Of a DNA stretch of 64,000 nucleotides, positions 19,760 to 30,220 are shown one piece after another. The stretch is taken from positions 124,001 through 188,000 of IMG/VR virus record IMGVR_UViG_3300033141_006329. The stretch is one strand, 5' to 3'. The first letter of the stretch is position 1; every line of letters starts with the position of its first letter. Below the pieces are notes generated by a model. That model had not been told where the DNA came from and did no database searches. It worked only from the letters and a program-made list of their open reading frames with translations. Position numbers and translations under genes: made by a program.

Positions 19760-20152
19760 TTATAATTCAGCTCCTTCCTCAAGTAATATATCAAGTGTAT
19801 TGTAAACCCTTATACGGTAGGATGATCGTTTTCGCAGTAACTCAAAAAGAAGTTTAAAATTATAAGGTTCAATGTAGTTCTCCATAACATCCACTAGTAC
19901 CAAAGAAAAATCATCATTAGAAACTTCAAACCATATTGTACTAGAATGTTTTCTAATGCGGTCCCAAATAATTATGCCCCAACAATGTTTTCCGGTATCC
20001 CTAAATTTATATTTTCTTATAATAACCCTAAAGTGCTCGGTGTACGCACTTCCTTTTTCAAAATGCCCACCGTAACATTTTTCTAGATCGATTAAATCAT
20101 TAAACGATTTTTTTCTCCAGCCAAGTTTTTCATAATCTCCTAAATTTATCAA
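19760..20152 (-). CDS. Array family protein (YEKLGW subfamily)
   Basis: Close paralogue of 19323..19757 with identical 38-bp 3' end. Confidence 0.7.
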   Translation of the reverse strand: MINLGDYEKLGWRKKSFNDLIDLEKCYGGHFEKGSAYTEHFRVIIRKYKFRDTGKHCWGIIIWDRIRKHSSTIWFEVSNDDFSLVLVDVMENYIEPYNFKLLFELLRKRSSYRIRVYNTLDILLEEGAEL

Positions 20153-20200
20153 AACTACCCCCTTCCTCAGTTCACAGTAGGATTAAATATCCTTTATGAT

Positions 20201-20515
20201 TTACATAATTTGCCCTTCATCTACCACACTTATCAATAATTCATCCTCATTTGTAGTTACCTCCCCTAGATTTAATATAACATCTATCATACTAGGACCA
20301 TATCGATTTATAGCTTCTGATATAATTATTTTCAATTCTTCTCTAAAGGATGATGTAGTATACAAACGAGTAGTTCCATCATAATAATGATTTAAAATAC
20401 CCCAAAAACCTTCATTATAAAATGTATGAAACAACTCTCTAAAGTCATTATGATATTCATCTAAATTGTCCCAACAATTCTCCCTAAAATTATGCACAGT
20501 AATCCATTTATTCAT
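20201..20515 (-). CDS. Array family protein
   Basis: Paralogue of 24562..24894 (LDEY....ELFHTFY, SFREELKII). Confidence 0.65.
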   Translation of the reverse strand: MNKWITVHNFRENCWDNLDEYHNDFRELFHTFYNEGFWGILNHYYDGTTRLYTTSSFREELKIIISEAINRYGPSMIDVILNLGEVTTNEDELLISVVDEGQIM

Positions 20516-20901
20516 AAGATAATCCCTTCCTCAAGTAATATATTAAGAGCATCGAGAGTAGTTACATGAGGGCTTATATTATAATCATTGTCCATTGGGA
20601 TATTTCGTATTGTATGCACAAGAGATTTGAAACCATAAATATCAATATAGCTTTCCACTAATTCCAGTAGTACTAAAGCAAAATTATCTTTTGATATTTT
20701 AAACCATACGGCATCATTATTTTTTGTAACATTAGTTATAACTATACCCCAACAAATATTATACTCAGGTCCATATCGAAAGCCCCATTTTCTTACAGTA
20801 ATTTTTCTATCATTGTTAAATTTTTTCACTGTATCAACATACGATGAATAATCATTATATACAGCAACCCAGCCTAAATTCTTATAATCTCCTATATTCA
20901 T
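20512..20901 (-). CDS. Array family protein (YEKLGW subfamily)
   Basis: MNIGDYKNLGW; ends LNILLEEGIIL. Confidence 0.7.
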   Translation of the reverse strand: MNIGDYKNLGWVAVYNDYSSYVDTVKKFNNDRKITVRKWGFRYGPEYNICWGIVITNVTKNNDAVWFKISKDNFALVLLELVESYIDIYGFKSLVHTIRNIPMDNDYNISPHVTTLDALNILLEEGIIL

Positions 20902-20921
20902 AAAAACTATCCTTCCATAAT

Positions 20922-21164
20922 TTACCCATCCAAATCTGCATCCAGGTAATCGCCAACCCACCCAATTATAAATACAAGAACAATTGCAAATACCGTAAAG
21001 AAAATACGGTTTGTCATCAGATCCTGAATCATATATCTTTCATAACCACTCTCTACCATATATACAAAGCGACTATAATGCCAAGGAACCCACCAACATA
21101 ATAACCCTATATCTACAAACAATGCTCCCAACTTCCCCTTATGTCTATTTAGAAATTTTATCAT
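20922..21164 (-). CDS. Small membrane protein
   Basis: Two hydrophobic segments. Confidence 0.5.
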   Translation of the reverse strand: MIKFLNRHKGKLGALFVDIGLLCWWVPWHYSRFVYMVESGYERYMIQDLMTNRIFFTVFAIVLVFIIGWVGDYLDADLDG

Positions 21165-21499
21165 TAGTTTTCCTCCAATATTTCATACCAACCACACACC
21201 TCAGCTCTTTCTTGAGCCACAGTTTGTGACATGTCCTCTAACTCCTCATTTGTTATACTATCATCAATCTCAACATCTTCATATTCTTTTTGGTGACCTC
21301 TCCAAGAATACCAATATCTTACTTTCATCTTAATTATCTCCTTACATATGTCCAAGTGCGTAAAATATCCCTGACAATACTGTGGCAATCAAAGCAATAA
21401 ACAACCCATCAATATCCTGTGTCCCTATAGAAGCAATAGCTCCACACATCAAACACCCTATATTTAACATTACCCAATTATTCATTATTTTTCCTCCAG

Positions 21500-21961
21500 T
21501 TAAATAATCATACCACTCAAATCTCCCAATAACATATCAATATCCAGCCTCATAATATTATCGTCGCAACCTATAATATCAGAAACACAATCAGCATTCT
21601 CCATCTTCCTATCTATATAATTCATGATGTCATTTCCTAGTTTTTCCTTCAACGGGAAATGAGAAAGGGTTAATATGTTATCTAAAAATATATTAATCAT
21701 AGCATAAGAGGAGGAGTGATAATAGATACCATTCCTATGTATACAGATATGTACCCCACCTCCTTTTCGTCTTTCTTCTTCTAAAAAGAATATACCCACG
21801 CCGTAGATATTTATAGTGATATACCAATGTTGTGAGATACAAGCTTCCCACACACCAACACGGATATTTTTCCACTCTAATTTATCACGCCGTTTCCTAT
21901 GTACAAATTCATTATCCATAAATTTTCCATCCCTAACTACAGGGAATTCCATCTTCTTCAT
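21500..21961 (-). CDS. Array family protein
   Basis: Ends LDIDMLLGDLSGMII. Confidence 0.55.
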   Translation of the reverse strand: MKKMEFPVVRDGKFMDNEFVHRKRRDKLEWKNIRVGVWEACISQHWYITINIYGVGIFFLEEERRKGGGVHICIHRNGIYYHSSSYAMINIFLDNILTLSHFPLKEKLGNDIMNYIDRKMENADCVSDIIGCDDNIMRLDIDMLLGDLSGMII

Positions 21962-22254
21962 GATTTATTTTCCTTATAGTAATTCTCGATTCTTCTTTTC
22001 TCATCTCTTTCTTTTTCCTCTTCCAAAAATACCTTATCAATAACAGCATCTATACCCTTCTCGATTATACTTCTGACCATTTCGCTATCCTGTCCTTCTA
22101 TTTCTATTATAGACTGTTCTCTTAAAGTTGCCAGCCATCTTTTTCTTTCTTCATATGCACCTGCATCCCAAGCGTCCTGCGCTATTGCCTCTGATCCTCG
22201 AAATCTCCAAGTTAAATTACCTATCCATTTATTCCACCATTCTTTAAATTTCAT
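21958..22254 (-). CDS. Hypothetical protein (not array family)
   Basis: FKEWW...AQDAWDAG; coupled ORF. Confidence 0.55.
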   Translation of the reverse strand: MKFKEWWNKWIGNLTWRFRGSEAIAQDAWDAGAYEERKRWLATLREQSIIEIEGQDSEMVRSIIEKGIDAVIDKVFLEEEKERDEKRRIENYYKENKS

Positions 22255-22619
22255 AATTCTACCCCTCCCTCAATCATAGAGTCCAGAAAGTTATCTTCTA
22301 TCATCTTATGTATAAACTTGAATATGTTTTTTGTTGGTATAAGGTAGATATTATAATCATCTCCTTCAATATATAAAACTCTGTTTAACATATCCAAACA
22401 TTGGACCAAAGCTTCACTGAGTGGAGTATATTCTGGAGAACAACCATTTGTCAATTGGTCAAATAAACCTTCAACTGTTCCAATTATATGATCCTCAATT
22501 TCCTTCACGTGTCCATCTTCAACATAATATTCAATCTCCACCTTAATAATTTCGTTCGCAAGCAATAGAGGTATCAATTCTTCAAAGTCTAATCCTTCAA
22601 CATTAACTATTGTTGGCAT
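22251..22619 (-). CDS. Hypothetical protein with array-type tail
   Basis: Ends FLDSMIEGGVEL. Confidence 0.55.
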   Translation of the reverse strand: MPTIVNVEGLDFEELIPLLLANEIIKVEIEYYVEDGHVKEIEDHIIGTVEGLFDQLTNGCSPEYTPLSEALVQCLDMLNRVLYIEGDDYNIYLIPTKNIFKFIHKMIEDNFLDSMIEGGVEL

Positions 22620-22685
22620 ATTATCTCCTTTTCTTTTTTGAAAACATCACCTGAAAAGTCAAACCAACCTAACGTTCTGTATTTT

Positions 22686-23054
22686 TCAAGATTCATAACC
22701 AACTCCTTGTTCATTATACATACTAAAGATATATTCCACATCGCACCTACTTATAAGAAATTTCTCACTTGCTATATCATAATGTTTTAATATTTTTAAG
22801 AGTGCGTTGAACCCTTTGTTTCTTATAACATGATCTGCTATTTTCATTAATTCCAATCTAAATTCATTACTAAAAATATCAAACCATATTGCTCTACCTT
22901 GGCATGTATGTGATTTCTCGCCTACAATTCCTATATATTTTTGAAGAGCAGATTTTCTTATCCACATCCAATCAGTTGTTGTGCGAAATGATAAATCTTC
23001 AAAACCACATTGTTCCCAACCCCTCATTCTATATTTTTCAAAGTCCACAACCAA
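22686..23054 (-). CDS. Array family protein (FEKY..GW subfamily)
   Basis: DFEKYRMRGW...AIWFDIF. Confidence 0.65.
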   Translation of the reverse strand: MVVDFEKYRMRGWEQCGFEDLSFRTTTDWMWIRKSALQKYIGIVGEKSHTCQGRAIWFDIFSNEFRLELMKIADHVIRNKGFNALLKILKHYDIASEKFLISRCDVEYIFSMYNEQGVGYES

Positions 23055-23427
23055 ACCCCCCCCACATTATATTGATTAATAGATCAATATTAATATCGAC
23101 ATTGTTATACCTTTGCATATAATGATCTAGTATATCTGTAACCATTTTTATATTTCCTCTCTTCTCAGACTCTTCGATAATATCTAATAAAACCAAACCA
23201 AACTTATCAGTTCCAATATCAAACCACATGGAACCAGTTGTCGGCCCATCACTTTTCCCGCTAAGAATACCCCATTCCGGAATGTTGTTCAATTTAAATT
23301 TTCGCAGTAGTATCCAATGATTACCAATTACTTTTATCGCATTTATCCTCTGAGATGCTGTTTTGAAATTACTTAGAGCCCAGCCTTTCTTAGCATACTG
23401 TTCAGATATTATATCCTCTAAATCCAT
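23038..23427 (-). CDS. Array family protein
   Basis: YAKKGW...HWI...WGI...WFDI. Confidence 0.65.
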   Translation of the reverse strand: MDLEDIISEQYAKKGWALSNFKTASQRINAIKVIGNHWILLRKFKLNNIPEWGILSGKSDGPTTGSMWFDIGTDKFGLVLLDIIEESEKRGNIKMVTDILDHYMQRYNNVDINIDLLINIMWGGFGCGL

Positions 23428-23822
23428 ATCGTACCCTCCTCTAAAATTATATCACATACTTTTTCTGCACATACTTTGATAGGATTTGTTGGTATACATC
23501 CTTCTTGTTTGGGATTTTTATTGCGATTCCATATTAAACCTACAACCTCTGAAGTATTATTCTTCTGTTCAGCATCATCTACTATATCCATCAGGATATG
23601 AGGAAAGTCATTATTACTCATATCAAACCATATTGCATTACCATTATACTCGTCGTATAATGGACCTACAATGATGCCCCAATTTGGTATATTTCTTACA
23701 ACAAACCAATGATGACCAGTTTCTTTTACCATATCTAGATTATCAGGATTATATTCTTCAGGGTCATCTTCATTAAGTTTGTTTATTTCCCACCCCTTTT
23801 TCTCATATTTTTCAAAGTTCAT
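23418..23822 (-). CDS. Array family protein (FEKY..GW subfamily)
   Basis: MNFEKYEKKGW; ends IILEEGTIWI. Confidence 0.7.
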   Translation of the reverse strand: MNFEKYEKKGWEINKLNEDDPEEYNPDNLDMVKETGHHWFVVRNIPNWGIIVGPLYDEYNGNAIWFDMSNNDFPHILMDIVDDAEQKNNTSEVVGLIWNRNKNPKQEGCIPTNPIKVCAEKVCDIILEEGTIWI

Positions 23823-24204
23823 TGCAACCCCCTTCAAATATTATATTGATTGTTTTGTTTAGGTCACTATTTATATTGCAAACCTTTATATTATAAGTCT
23901 TTTTATTATAATGAGTTTGAATATAATCTATTAGTGTTTTAATATCTTTAACATTGTAATCAACAACAATATTAAATAAAACTGAAATAAAATCCTCTGT
24001 TAATATATTAAACCATATTGTGACAGTAGTATCCTCTTTAATTTTTCCAATAATAATACCATATTTATAATGTCCATCTAATCTTCCATTTAATTTTCTT
24101 GCAATAACCCAATGCTCTCCAATTATGGTTGATATGTCTATACTATTAATAAACTTATTTTTGCACCCATCCCAACCCTTCTCAATGTATTTTTCAAAGT
24201 TCAT
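23812..24204 (-). CDS. Array family protein (FEKY..GW subfamily)
   Basis: MNFEKYIEKGW; ends IIFEGGCNEL. Confidence 0.7.
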   Translation of the reverse strand: MNFEKYIEKGWDGCKNKFINSIDISTIIGEHWVIARKLNGRLDGHYKYGIIIGKIKEDTTVTIWFNILTEDFISVLFNIVVDYNVKDIKTLIDYIQTHYNKKTYNIKVCNINSDLNKTINIIFEGGCNEL

Positions 24205-24565
24205 AACCATCTCCTTCGAATATTAGATCACACAATTCATCTGTATTTATATCGATACAATGAAGAGAACTACTCATAGAAACTAAGTCTATCAGCCCCC
24301 TAAGAGTATTTTCTTCCTCATGATCTATAATTATATCCAACAAAACAGTGAGGAAATTTTCAGAAGAAATCTTAAACCATATCGATCTTCCAGATCCTAC
24401 ACCTGTCCTACCTATAATTATACCACACTCATCTCCAGTACTAATTCCCCATATCTTTCTTACAATAACCCAATGACTTTCAATTGTTTTTGATATGGTT
24501 ACTGTATTACTGGTAATGTAATCCCGACTGTTCCACCCTAATTTCTCATATTTTTCAAAGTTCAT
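24194..24565 (-). CDS. Array family protein (FEKY..GW subfamily)
   Basis: MNFEKYEKLGW; ends LIFEGDGYEL. Confidence 0.7.
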   Translation of the reverse strand: MNFEKYEKLGWNSRDYITSNTVTISKTIESHWVIVRKIWGISTGDECGIIIGRTGVGSGRSIWFKISSENFLTVLLDIIIDHEEENTLRGLIDLVSMSSSLHCIDINTDELCDLIFEGDGYEL

Positions 24566-24894
24566 AATTGATAACCTCCTTCTAATATCCTCATAAGAGT
24601 ATCATCAATATCTAATTCTATAAATAACTCACATCCAGATAAAAATTCTATGGGGAAATCGTCTAGTTTTTCCACCATTTCAGATAAAATTATCTTTAGT
24701 TCTTCTCTGAATGATAATGGTGCTACTATACATAAATTACCACTATAATTATAATCCTTTACACCCCAGCATAATTTGGTTTTCCACCTACTATAAAATG
24801 TGTGAAACAATTCTTTATGATCCTTATAATATTCATCTAAATTTCTACAGTTTCCACAATAATCATTTATTTTCATCCACCCATTCATTTTCAC
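24562..24894 (-). CDS. Array family protein
   Basis: Ends LDIDDTLMRILEGGYQL. Confidence 0.65.
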   Translation of the reverse strand: MKMNGWMKINDYCGNCRNLDEYYKDHKELFHTFYSRWKTKLCWGVKDYNYSGNLCIVAPLSFREELKIILSEMVEKLDDFPIEFLSGCELFIELDIDDTLMRILEGGYQL

Positions 24895-24897
24895 CTC

Positions 24898-25263
24898 CTA
24901 TAGATTTATTCCTTTATTATATGACTCCACACAAAATCTATCTATATCAAAATTGATATAATTATAAAAATATTTTCCAGATGATATGAAATCGCACCCT
25001 GACAATTGTATAGGATTATTAATGATATTGTATAACTTATGTAATACTCCTTTATCAACATAATCTTGAACTAACCTCTTTAAAACCTTTTCAAAATTCA
25101 AACCATATCCATCAAACACAATAGAAGGAGATAGTGGATTCCAATTCCCCTTACATATAGATATATCCCAATATTCAAAATGAGATGCCCAACAAATACG
25201 AATCCCATATTCCTTGTAATTTGTTTCATGCCACAAATATCTAGTATTTGTCCAGACTAACAA
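24898..25263 (-). CDS. Array family protein
   Basis: W.I.I...IVFD....F..VL core. Confidence 0.6.
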   Translation of the reverse strand: MLVWTNTRYLWHETNYKEYGIRICWASHFEYWDISICKGNWNPLSPSIVFDGYGLNFEKVLKRLVQDYVDKGVLHKLYNIINNPIQLSGCDFISSGKYFYNYINFDIDRFCVESYNKGINL

Positions 25264-25604
25264 TTTGCACCCCCCTCCAATATAATATCCAATGTATCTC
25301 GCATGCTCATCCTAGTGTAACCATAATCGTCATGTAGGTTCACATAGTGAATCCGGTTCAGTAATTCGGCACACCCAAATCTCTCGATATAATCACTTAA
25401 TACATCAAGTAAAATATATTTGAGTTTGTTACCAGTATCCATAAAAATCATAGCTTCCCCACCCATAGATATTTTTCCAATAGATAATATCCAACCATTC
25501 CAACAAGAAGCTTTGGAAATACATATCCAATATTCATCTTTTTTGATATGAGTCCCTGCATAATCCGTAATCCAAGTTAATCCTATATCCTCATTTGATA
25601 TCAT
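25257..25604 (-). CDS. Array family protein
   Basis: Ends LDIILEGGANC. Confidence 0.6.
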   Translation of the reverse strand: MISNEDIGLTWITDYAGTHIKKDEYWICISKASCWNGWILSIGKISMGGEAMIFMDTGNKLKYILLDVLSDYIERFGCAELLNRIHYVNLHDDYGYTRMSMRDTLDIILEGGANC

Positions 25605-25999
25605 AATATTAATCCTCCCATATCGAACATACTATTTAGTATATCTTCCTCAGCCTCAATATTAATATATTGCGCATTGTTGGAGTTGAGATCGCTAATC
25701 ATCTCAAAAAGCTCTTCGAGCTGATTATTTGTTATACACTTGTCCACGATATTCATGAGAGTATCAAAAAAGTTTTTACAACACAACATGAAAGTTATAG
25801 TATTGGTGGAGTTGGTCTGCCACTGATCTTTATATAATGTTAATCTCCAAGCGTCCTTTCCCATATACCATCCAATCTGCATAATATATCTTCCGTGTAT
25901 TTTGTTATAATTCCCTGCACACTCATTCCAACGATCTGTCATATTTCTTATCACTTCTTCGCCCAAATTCTTAAATAAACCCTTCTTTCGAATAATCAT
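25601..25999 (-). CDS. Array family protein
   Basis: Ends ILNSMFDMGGLIL. Confidence 0.6.
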   Translation of the reverse strand: MIIRKKGLFKNLGEEVIRNMTDRWNECAGNYNKIHGRYIMQIGWYMGKDAWRLTLYKDQWQTNSTNTITFMLCCKNFFDTLMNIVDKCITNNQLEELFEMISDLNSNNAQYINIEAEEDILNSMFDMGGLIL

Positions 26000-26220
26000 A
26001 ATATTAATCCTCCCGCAGTAAGTAAATCTAATAGATCCTCAATATGAATACCTATGAAATGTGTTCCACCATTCTTTACGAATTCCGTTCTTTTAGTACG
26101 ATCCGAATTCAATATATCTTTAATCTTTTCTGAGTTTTCAGGTGTAGTTGTCATATCAAAATGCAATGTAGTACCACCATAAAAAACGAAGGTCATATCT
26201 TTAACCCATTTTTTAAACAT
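25996..26220 (-). CDS. Short array family protein
   Basis: Ends IEDLLDLLTAGGLIL. Confidence 0.55.
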   Translation of the reverse strand: MFKKWVKDMTFVFYGGTTLHFDMTTTPENSEKIKDILNSDRTKRTEFVKNGGTHFIGIHIEDLLDLLTAGGLIL

Positions 26221-26539
26221 CCATATTTCCTCCCATAAATTGATTCAAAAGATCATCTATATCAAGCGCGACAGTATCATCACATGCTTGTATTGTTTTC
26301 TTAAAGGTTTCTGAAAAATCATCATATATTTTCTCAATGCATTCGATTATAACATCTCTAAAATTATGGCCAATAATATCAAATATAATATGACCATCAT
26401 TATCTCCGCCGGGCCATTTGATTAATTCCACCCCACTATAAGGATCTCCATCGTCCCAAACTGCAATATCACAACCATGTGTACTATGTATCAGGGCACC
26501 ACATACATCCCAGCCCCAATGAAGTTTTTGCTTATACAT
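26213..26539 (-). CDS. Array family protein (DI.VWD subfamily)
   Basis: Paralogue of next two ORFs; C...V.LDIDD.LN. Confidence 0.7.
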   Translation of the reverse strand: MYKQKLHWGWDVCGALIHSTHGCDIAVWDDGDPYSGVELIKWPGGDNDGHIIFDIIGHNFRDVIIECIEKIYDDFSETFKKTIQACDDTVALDIDDLLNQFMGGNMDV

Positions 26540-26541
26540 GT

Positions 26542-26880
26542 TTATATCCCTCTTCCAATCATGATATTCAAAATATCATCTATATCAAGAGTAACAACAT
26601 TATCACAACTACAAATCAAATCCCTAAATTTATCAATATTACCATCAAATACTTTTTTGATACATTCAATTATAACCTTATCAAAATGTTGGCCGGCAAT
26701 ATCGAATAAAATAAAAGCATCAGTATATTTGTTCCAGTTACCATCATCTATCTCCATGCCACTAACCATTCCGTCAATAGCATAAAAACTATTTTCATTA
26801 TCCCAAACCACTATATCACAATCTGGGAATTCGCAAATAAAATCACCATCTTCTTTAGTCCATTTAAAATTTCTAGTCAT
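26542..26880 (-). CDS. Array family protein (DI.VWD subfamily)
   Basis: FDKVIIECIKKVFD...LDIDDILNIMIGRGI. Confidence 0.7.
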   Translation of the reverse strand: MTRNFKWTKEDGDFICEFPDCDIVVWDNENSFYAIDGMVSGMEIDDGNWNKYTDAFILFDIAGQHFDKVIIECIKKVFDGNIDKFRDLICSCDNVVTLDIDDILNIMIGRGI

Positions 26881-27202
26881 CGCACCCTTCCTCCATCAAA
26901 TCATTTAACACATTATCTATATCAATTATAACTTGAGTATCACATTTTCCTATATGCTGTTGAAATGTATACGCAGAATCAAATATTTCCTCAATACAAC
27001 TGATTAATACTTTATCAAAATTGGGATTATTGATATAAAATTCAATATAATCTATTGTATCAGCAGATTTTCTACATACTAATTCTAGTCCCATGCGGTC
27101 AATACCATCGTTCCATATGATAATATCATAATGTTCTGTAGTATGAGTAAGACGATCATCACCCCATATATCGTTATACCAACTAAGTTTCCTCATACAC
27201 AA
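26873..27202 (-). CDS. Array family protein (DI.VWD subfamily)
   Basis: FDKVLISCIEEIFD...LNDLMEEGCDD. Confidence 0.7.
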   Translation of the reverse strand: MCMRKLSWYNDIWGDDRLTHTTEHYDIIIWNDGIDRMGLELVCRKSADTIDYIEFYINNPNFDKVLISCIEEIFDSAYTFQQHIGKCDTQVIIDIDNVLNDLMEEGCDD

Positions 27203-27350
27203 TCCCGCCCACTACAAAATAATCCAACATAATATCTACGTTATCCTTTATAAAACAATGACAAGGCGTGATTTGTGCTATATATGTACGAGACATCCCT
27301 GCAAATCTATATAAAGGCGTCAGCACCACCTTCTCATTACAATTTTTCAT
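27183..27350 (-). CDS. 55-aa ORF with array-type tail (not in ORF track)
   Basis: AGGAG RBS; MKNCNEKV...VDIMLDYFVVGGIVYEET. Confidence 0.45.
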   Translation of the reverse strand: MKNCNEKVVLTPLYRFAGMSRTYIAQITPCHCFIKDNVDIMLDYFVVGGIVYEET

Positions 27351-27487
27351 AATTTCTCCTCAATAAATCTCACCTTTATTATTAATCAACTGTATCATTG
27401 TCTCTAATTTATATGGAAAATCTACCATATCCTTTCGTGCTAAACCGTCCCAAATTCTATTTTCTTCTTTCCTCCATTCTTTTTCGG

Positions 27488-27823
27488 TCATAATATATTA
27501 TATCCCTCCTCCATAAATTGATTTAAAATATTATATTGACTTATCTGTATATTCAATTCATAAATCTCTTTGACTAACTTTTTAAATTTTTGCAAATTAT
27601 ATTCCTCGTCGCGAGATTTGATAATAACCATTAACTCTTTTCTGAACGATGAAGATTTAATGCAGAAACGGATATGACCAAAACCCGAAGCTGAGATGAT
27701 CCAATCCTTCTCGCTAGGAAACAATCGAAATAATTCAATGTGCTCTTCTCTATAGACTGCATCTGTAGTAATATAACTAGGGTAATGTTTACGGTTCTCA
27801 AAGCTAATCCACCGGCTGCTCAT
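27488..27823 (-). CDS. Array family protein (Y.TTD subfamily)
   Basis: Ends ILNQFMEEGYNIL. Confidence 0.65.
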   Translation of the reverse strand: MSSRWISFENRKHYPSYITTDAVYREEHIELFRLFPSEKDWIISASGFGHIRFCIKSSSFRKELMVIIKSRDEEYNLQKFKKLVKEIYELNIQISQYNILNQFMEEGYNIL

Positions 27824-28151
27824 AACGACATCCCTCCTCCATAAATTTCATCAATAAATCATTGTCATATATTTTCACATTCACTGTTTTATTAATACTT
27901 TTCCGCACTACATATTTAAAAAATTCGACACTCTGACTTATATTCGATTTGGTAATAACTGATTTTAAACACTCTCTAAATAATAATGAAGTGGTATAAA
28001 ATTTAATAACACCTCTTCCAGAACCCGAAAGGATCCAATAATAAGTACCTTGATATATACGTAGTTGATCCCGGCCATTTATCCTAAATGTATCCGTAGT
28101 ATAATAACTTTTGGGAGGACCTTCTTTTTCCTCATTCCAACCATCTATCAT
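27804..28151 (-). CDS. Array family protein (Y.TTD subfamily)
   Basis: Ends LLMKFMEEGCRYEQPVD. Confidence 0.65.
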   Translation of the reverse strand: MIDGWNEEKEGPPKSYYTTDTFRINGRDQLRIYQGTYYWILSGSGRGVIKFYTTSLLFRECLKSVITKSNISQSVEFFKYVVRKSINKTVNVKIYDNDLLMKFMEEGCRYEQPVD

Positions 28152-28461
28152 CTCCTACTCCTTTCACTAATAATATTTCTAATATATCGTCTTTTACTTC
28201 TATATATTTACAAGACTCATCATTCACAATAGGTTCAATTCCGCACTTATTAAAAAATTCAGATAATACTGTTTTTATAACAACTTTTATCTTAGGTGAA
28301 AATATTTTAAATACAAGAATACAATAATTATTGTGTGGAGTTACAACATTCCAACCATCATTATCTGGAAAGAGATTAAATTGTTTTACATCATCCTTAT
28401 AATATCGATCCGTTGTATTATAAGAACAAATAGTATTAGTAATAGATTTCCAACCTGTCAT
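28132..28461 (-). CDS. Array family protein (Y.TTD subfamily)
   Basis: GW......SYNTTD; ILEILLVKG tail. Confidence 0.65.
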   Translation of the reverse strand: MTGWKSITNTICSYNTTDRYYKDDVKQFNLFPDNDGWNVVTPHNNYCILVFKIFSPKIKVVIKTVLSEFFNKCGIEPIVNDESCKYIEVKDDILEILLVKGVGDDRWLE

Positions 28462-28781
28462 AATTCTTCTCCCTCATTTATAATTGTGATTAGTATATCT
28501 AGTTCCAATTTTATACTTGGATAACTATTCATAAACAGATATAGGCTGTCTAATCCATGTTTTTCAATATATTCTGATATAATTGTTTTTATCACTTCTC
28601 TAAAAGATAATAGACCAGTATAAAATTTAATATTGCCTAAGTTTATATGTTTTGATAACAACCAACGATATTCGGTAACATATAGGTATAGAAAATATTT
28701 TTCACCGATCCAATATTTATCACAAGCCGTGTATCTAAAAACTTTATCTGTTAATTCGAGCCAACCGTTGCTATAACTCAT
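28458..28781 (-). CDS. Array family protein
   Basis: Ends LDILITIINEGEEL. Confidence 0.65.
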   Translation of the reverse strand: MSYSNGWLELTDKVFRYTACDKYWIGEKYFLYLYVTEYRWLLSKHINLGNIKFYTGLLSFREVIKTIISEYIEKHGLDSLYLFMNSYPSIKLELDILITIINEGEEL

Positions 28782-29094
28782 ATCCTTTCTCCATCAAACT
28801 GTTTATATTCTCATCGATATTGATTTTCACAACAATTTTATGCAGATTTCTCATCATCATTGTTACACCTTTAAAATCATGAAAAATTTGATCCCCTATA
28901 GCATCACGTATTTCATACTTAAAATCTATGGATGATTTGGGAGGAATCTTGAACCAGAAAAGATTTATAATACAACCGCCTCCTCTAAATACTTCACGTA
29001 GGCTCACACACCAGTAAACATAATCAACCGCAGAGATAGATAGGGTGTGGTCGCCATAATTAAAGCGTATACCATTCTCACATTTTTTCCACAT
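28771..29094 (-). CDS. Array family protein
   Basis: MWKK..NG; paralogue of 30207..30554 (E.RD.IG.QI..DF). Confidence 0.65.
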   Translation of the reverse strand: MWKKCENGIRFNYGDHTLSISAVDYVYWCVSLREVFRGGGCIINLFWFKIPPKSSIDFKYEIRDAIGDQIFHDFKGVTMMMRNLHKIVVKINIDENINSLMEKGYEL

Positions 29095-29455
29095 ATTGCG
29101 CCCCTTCCTCTGACATATTATAAAATAAAGATTCCACACTCATGTCGATATTAATAATAATACCATTGGGATTATGTGTTTTTACAATATTTAACATTTT
29201 TGCACGGAATGTTTCGACTGATTTTGATTTCAAATTCTCATATATAATATCCAACAAAATAGGAATAAAATCATCATTTATATTTTTGAATATAATAGCA
29301 ACGCCACTATAATCTTCGTATCCAATAGCTATTCCCCAACCAGATCCTAATCCATACCTGATTGCTATCCAATATGCCCCTACTCTTGTGCCCATCCCAG
29401 TATGCCCATATTCTACAGACCAGCCTTCCCTTACATAACACGAAATATCATTCAT
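29078..29455 (-). CDS. Array family protein
   Basis: GWGIA.GY.D..G.AIIF shared with 30555..30917. Confidence 0.65.
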   Translation of the reverse strand: MNDISCYVREGWSVEYGHTGMGTRVGAYWIAIRYGLGSGWGIAIGYEDYSGVAIIFKNINDDFIPILLDIIYENLKSKSVETFRAKMLNIVKTHNPNGIIINIDMSVESLFYNMSEEGAQYVEKM

Positions 29456-29844
29456 GTCCTTCTTTCCCTCCCCAATAAAATGTTTCCAATGTATCCTCCA
29501 ATCTCACAGCAATAAAATCTTTATTATTTTTTATAAAGTTATAAAATTTATCATAATTTTTTTCAATAGCCTTCTCAACAATAAGTATTATTTCGCCAGG
29601 AAATTTATCATCTGAAATTTCAAAATCAATACCACCAATAAAAGTGTTACCATTGTCTAATTTCAAACGAAGGGATCCATCAGAATTACTTTCCTCCCAA
29701 AAATCTAAAAAAATACCACCCATCCGTCCACATGATGCAATAATTATTCCCCTCATAAACAAGATCATCACCCTCAGCAGGGCTCATCTGCGCTTTTCCT
29801 TCCTTTATATGAGCATAATATTCATACATCTCATTTGAGTCCAT
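29448..29844 (-). pseudogene. Array family gene apparently split by a frameshift in a T7 run
   Basis: Removing one base from 29707-29713 joins MDSNEMY...DGWY to LDFWEE...FYWGG in one 131-aa ORF. Confidence 0.45.
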
Positions 29845-30220
29845 AACAACCTCCCTCAAAAAATTCTTGTATAACCAAATCAAATACATCATATTTGTAA
29901 TCATAAGATGTATAAGGAGCAATTGTCTCATATAAATCCTCTACAGATCCAGACCTTAAAAATTCTGTCATTAGATCCAATAATATATACATGAAATCAT
30001 AATCATTTGTATTAAATACGATATATTTGCAACCAAAAGCGAATTCAGATCCTCGTATAGTCCTCTTAATATTTGATGTCATTATAGCAATCTTGGTGGG
30101 ACCAAAACTATTGACATCATACATGACCCCTATAGTATATGGATTTTTTTCATAAAAGAATCTTTCTCCATGATCCTTAACGGACCAACCAAAATCAATA
30201 TAATGTTTAACATTGTTCAT
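29831..30220 (-). CDS. Array family protein
   Basis: HYIDFGW; ends IQEFFEGGCYGLK. Confidence 0.65.
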   Translation of the reverse strand: MNNVKHYIDFGWSVKDHGERFFYEKNPYTIGVMYDVNSFGPTKIAIMTSNIKRTIRGSEFAFGCKYIVFNTNDYDFMYILLDLMTEFLRSGSVEDLYETIAPYTSYDYKYDVFDLVIQEFFEGGCYGLK

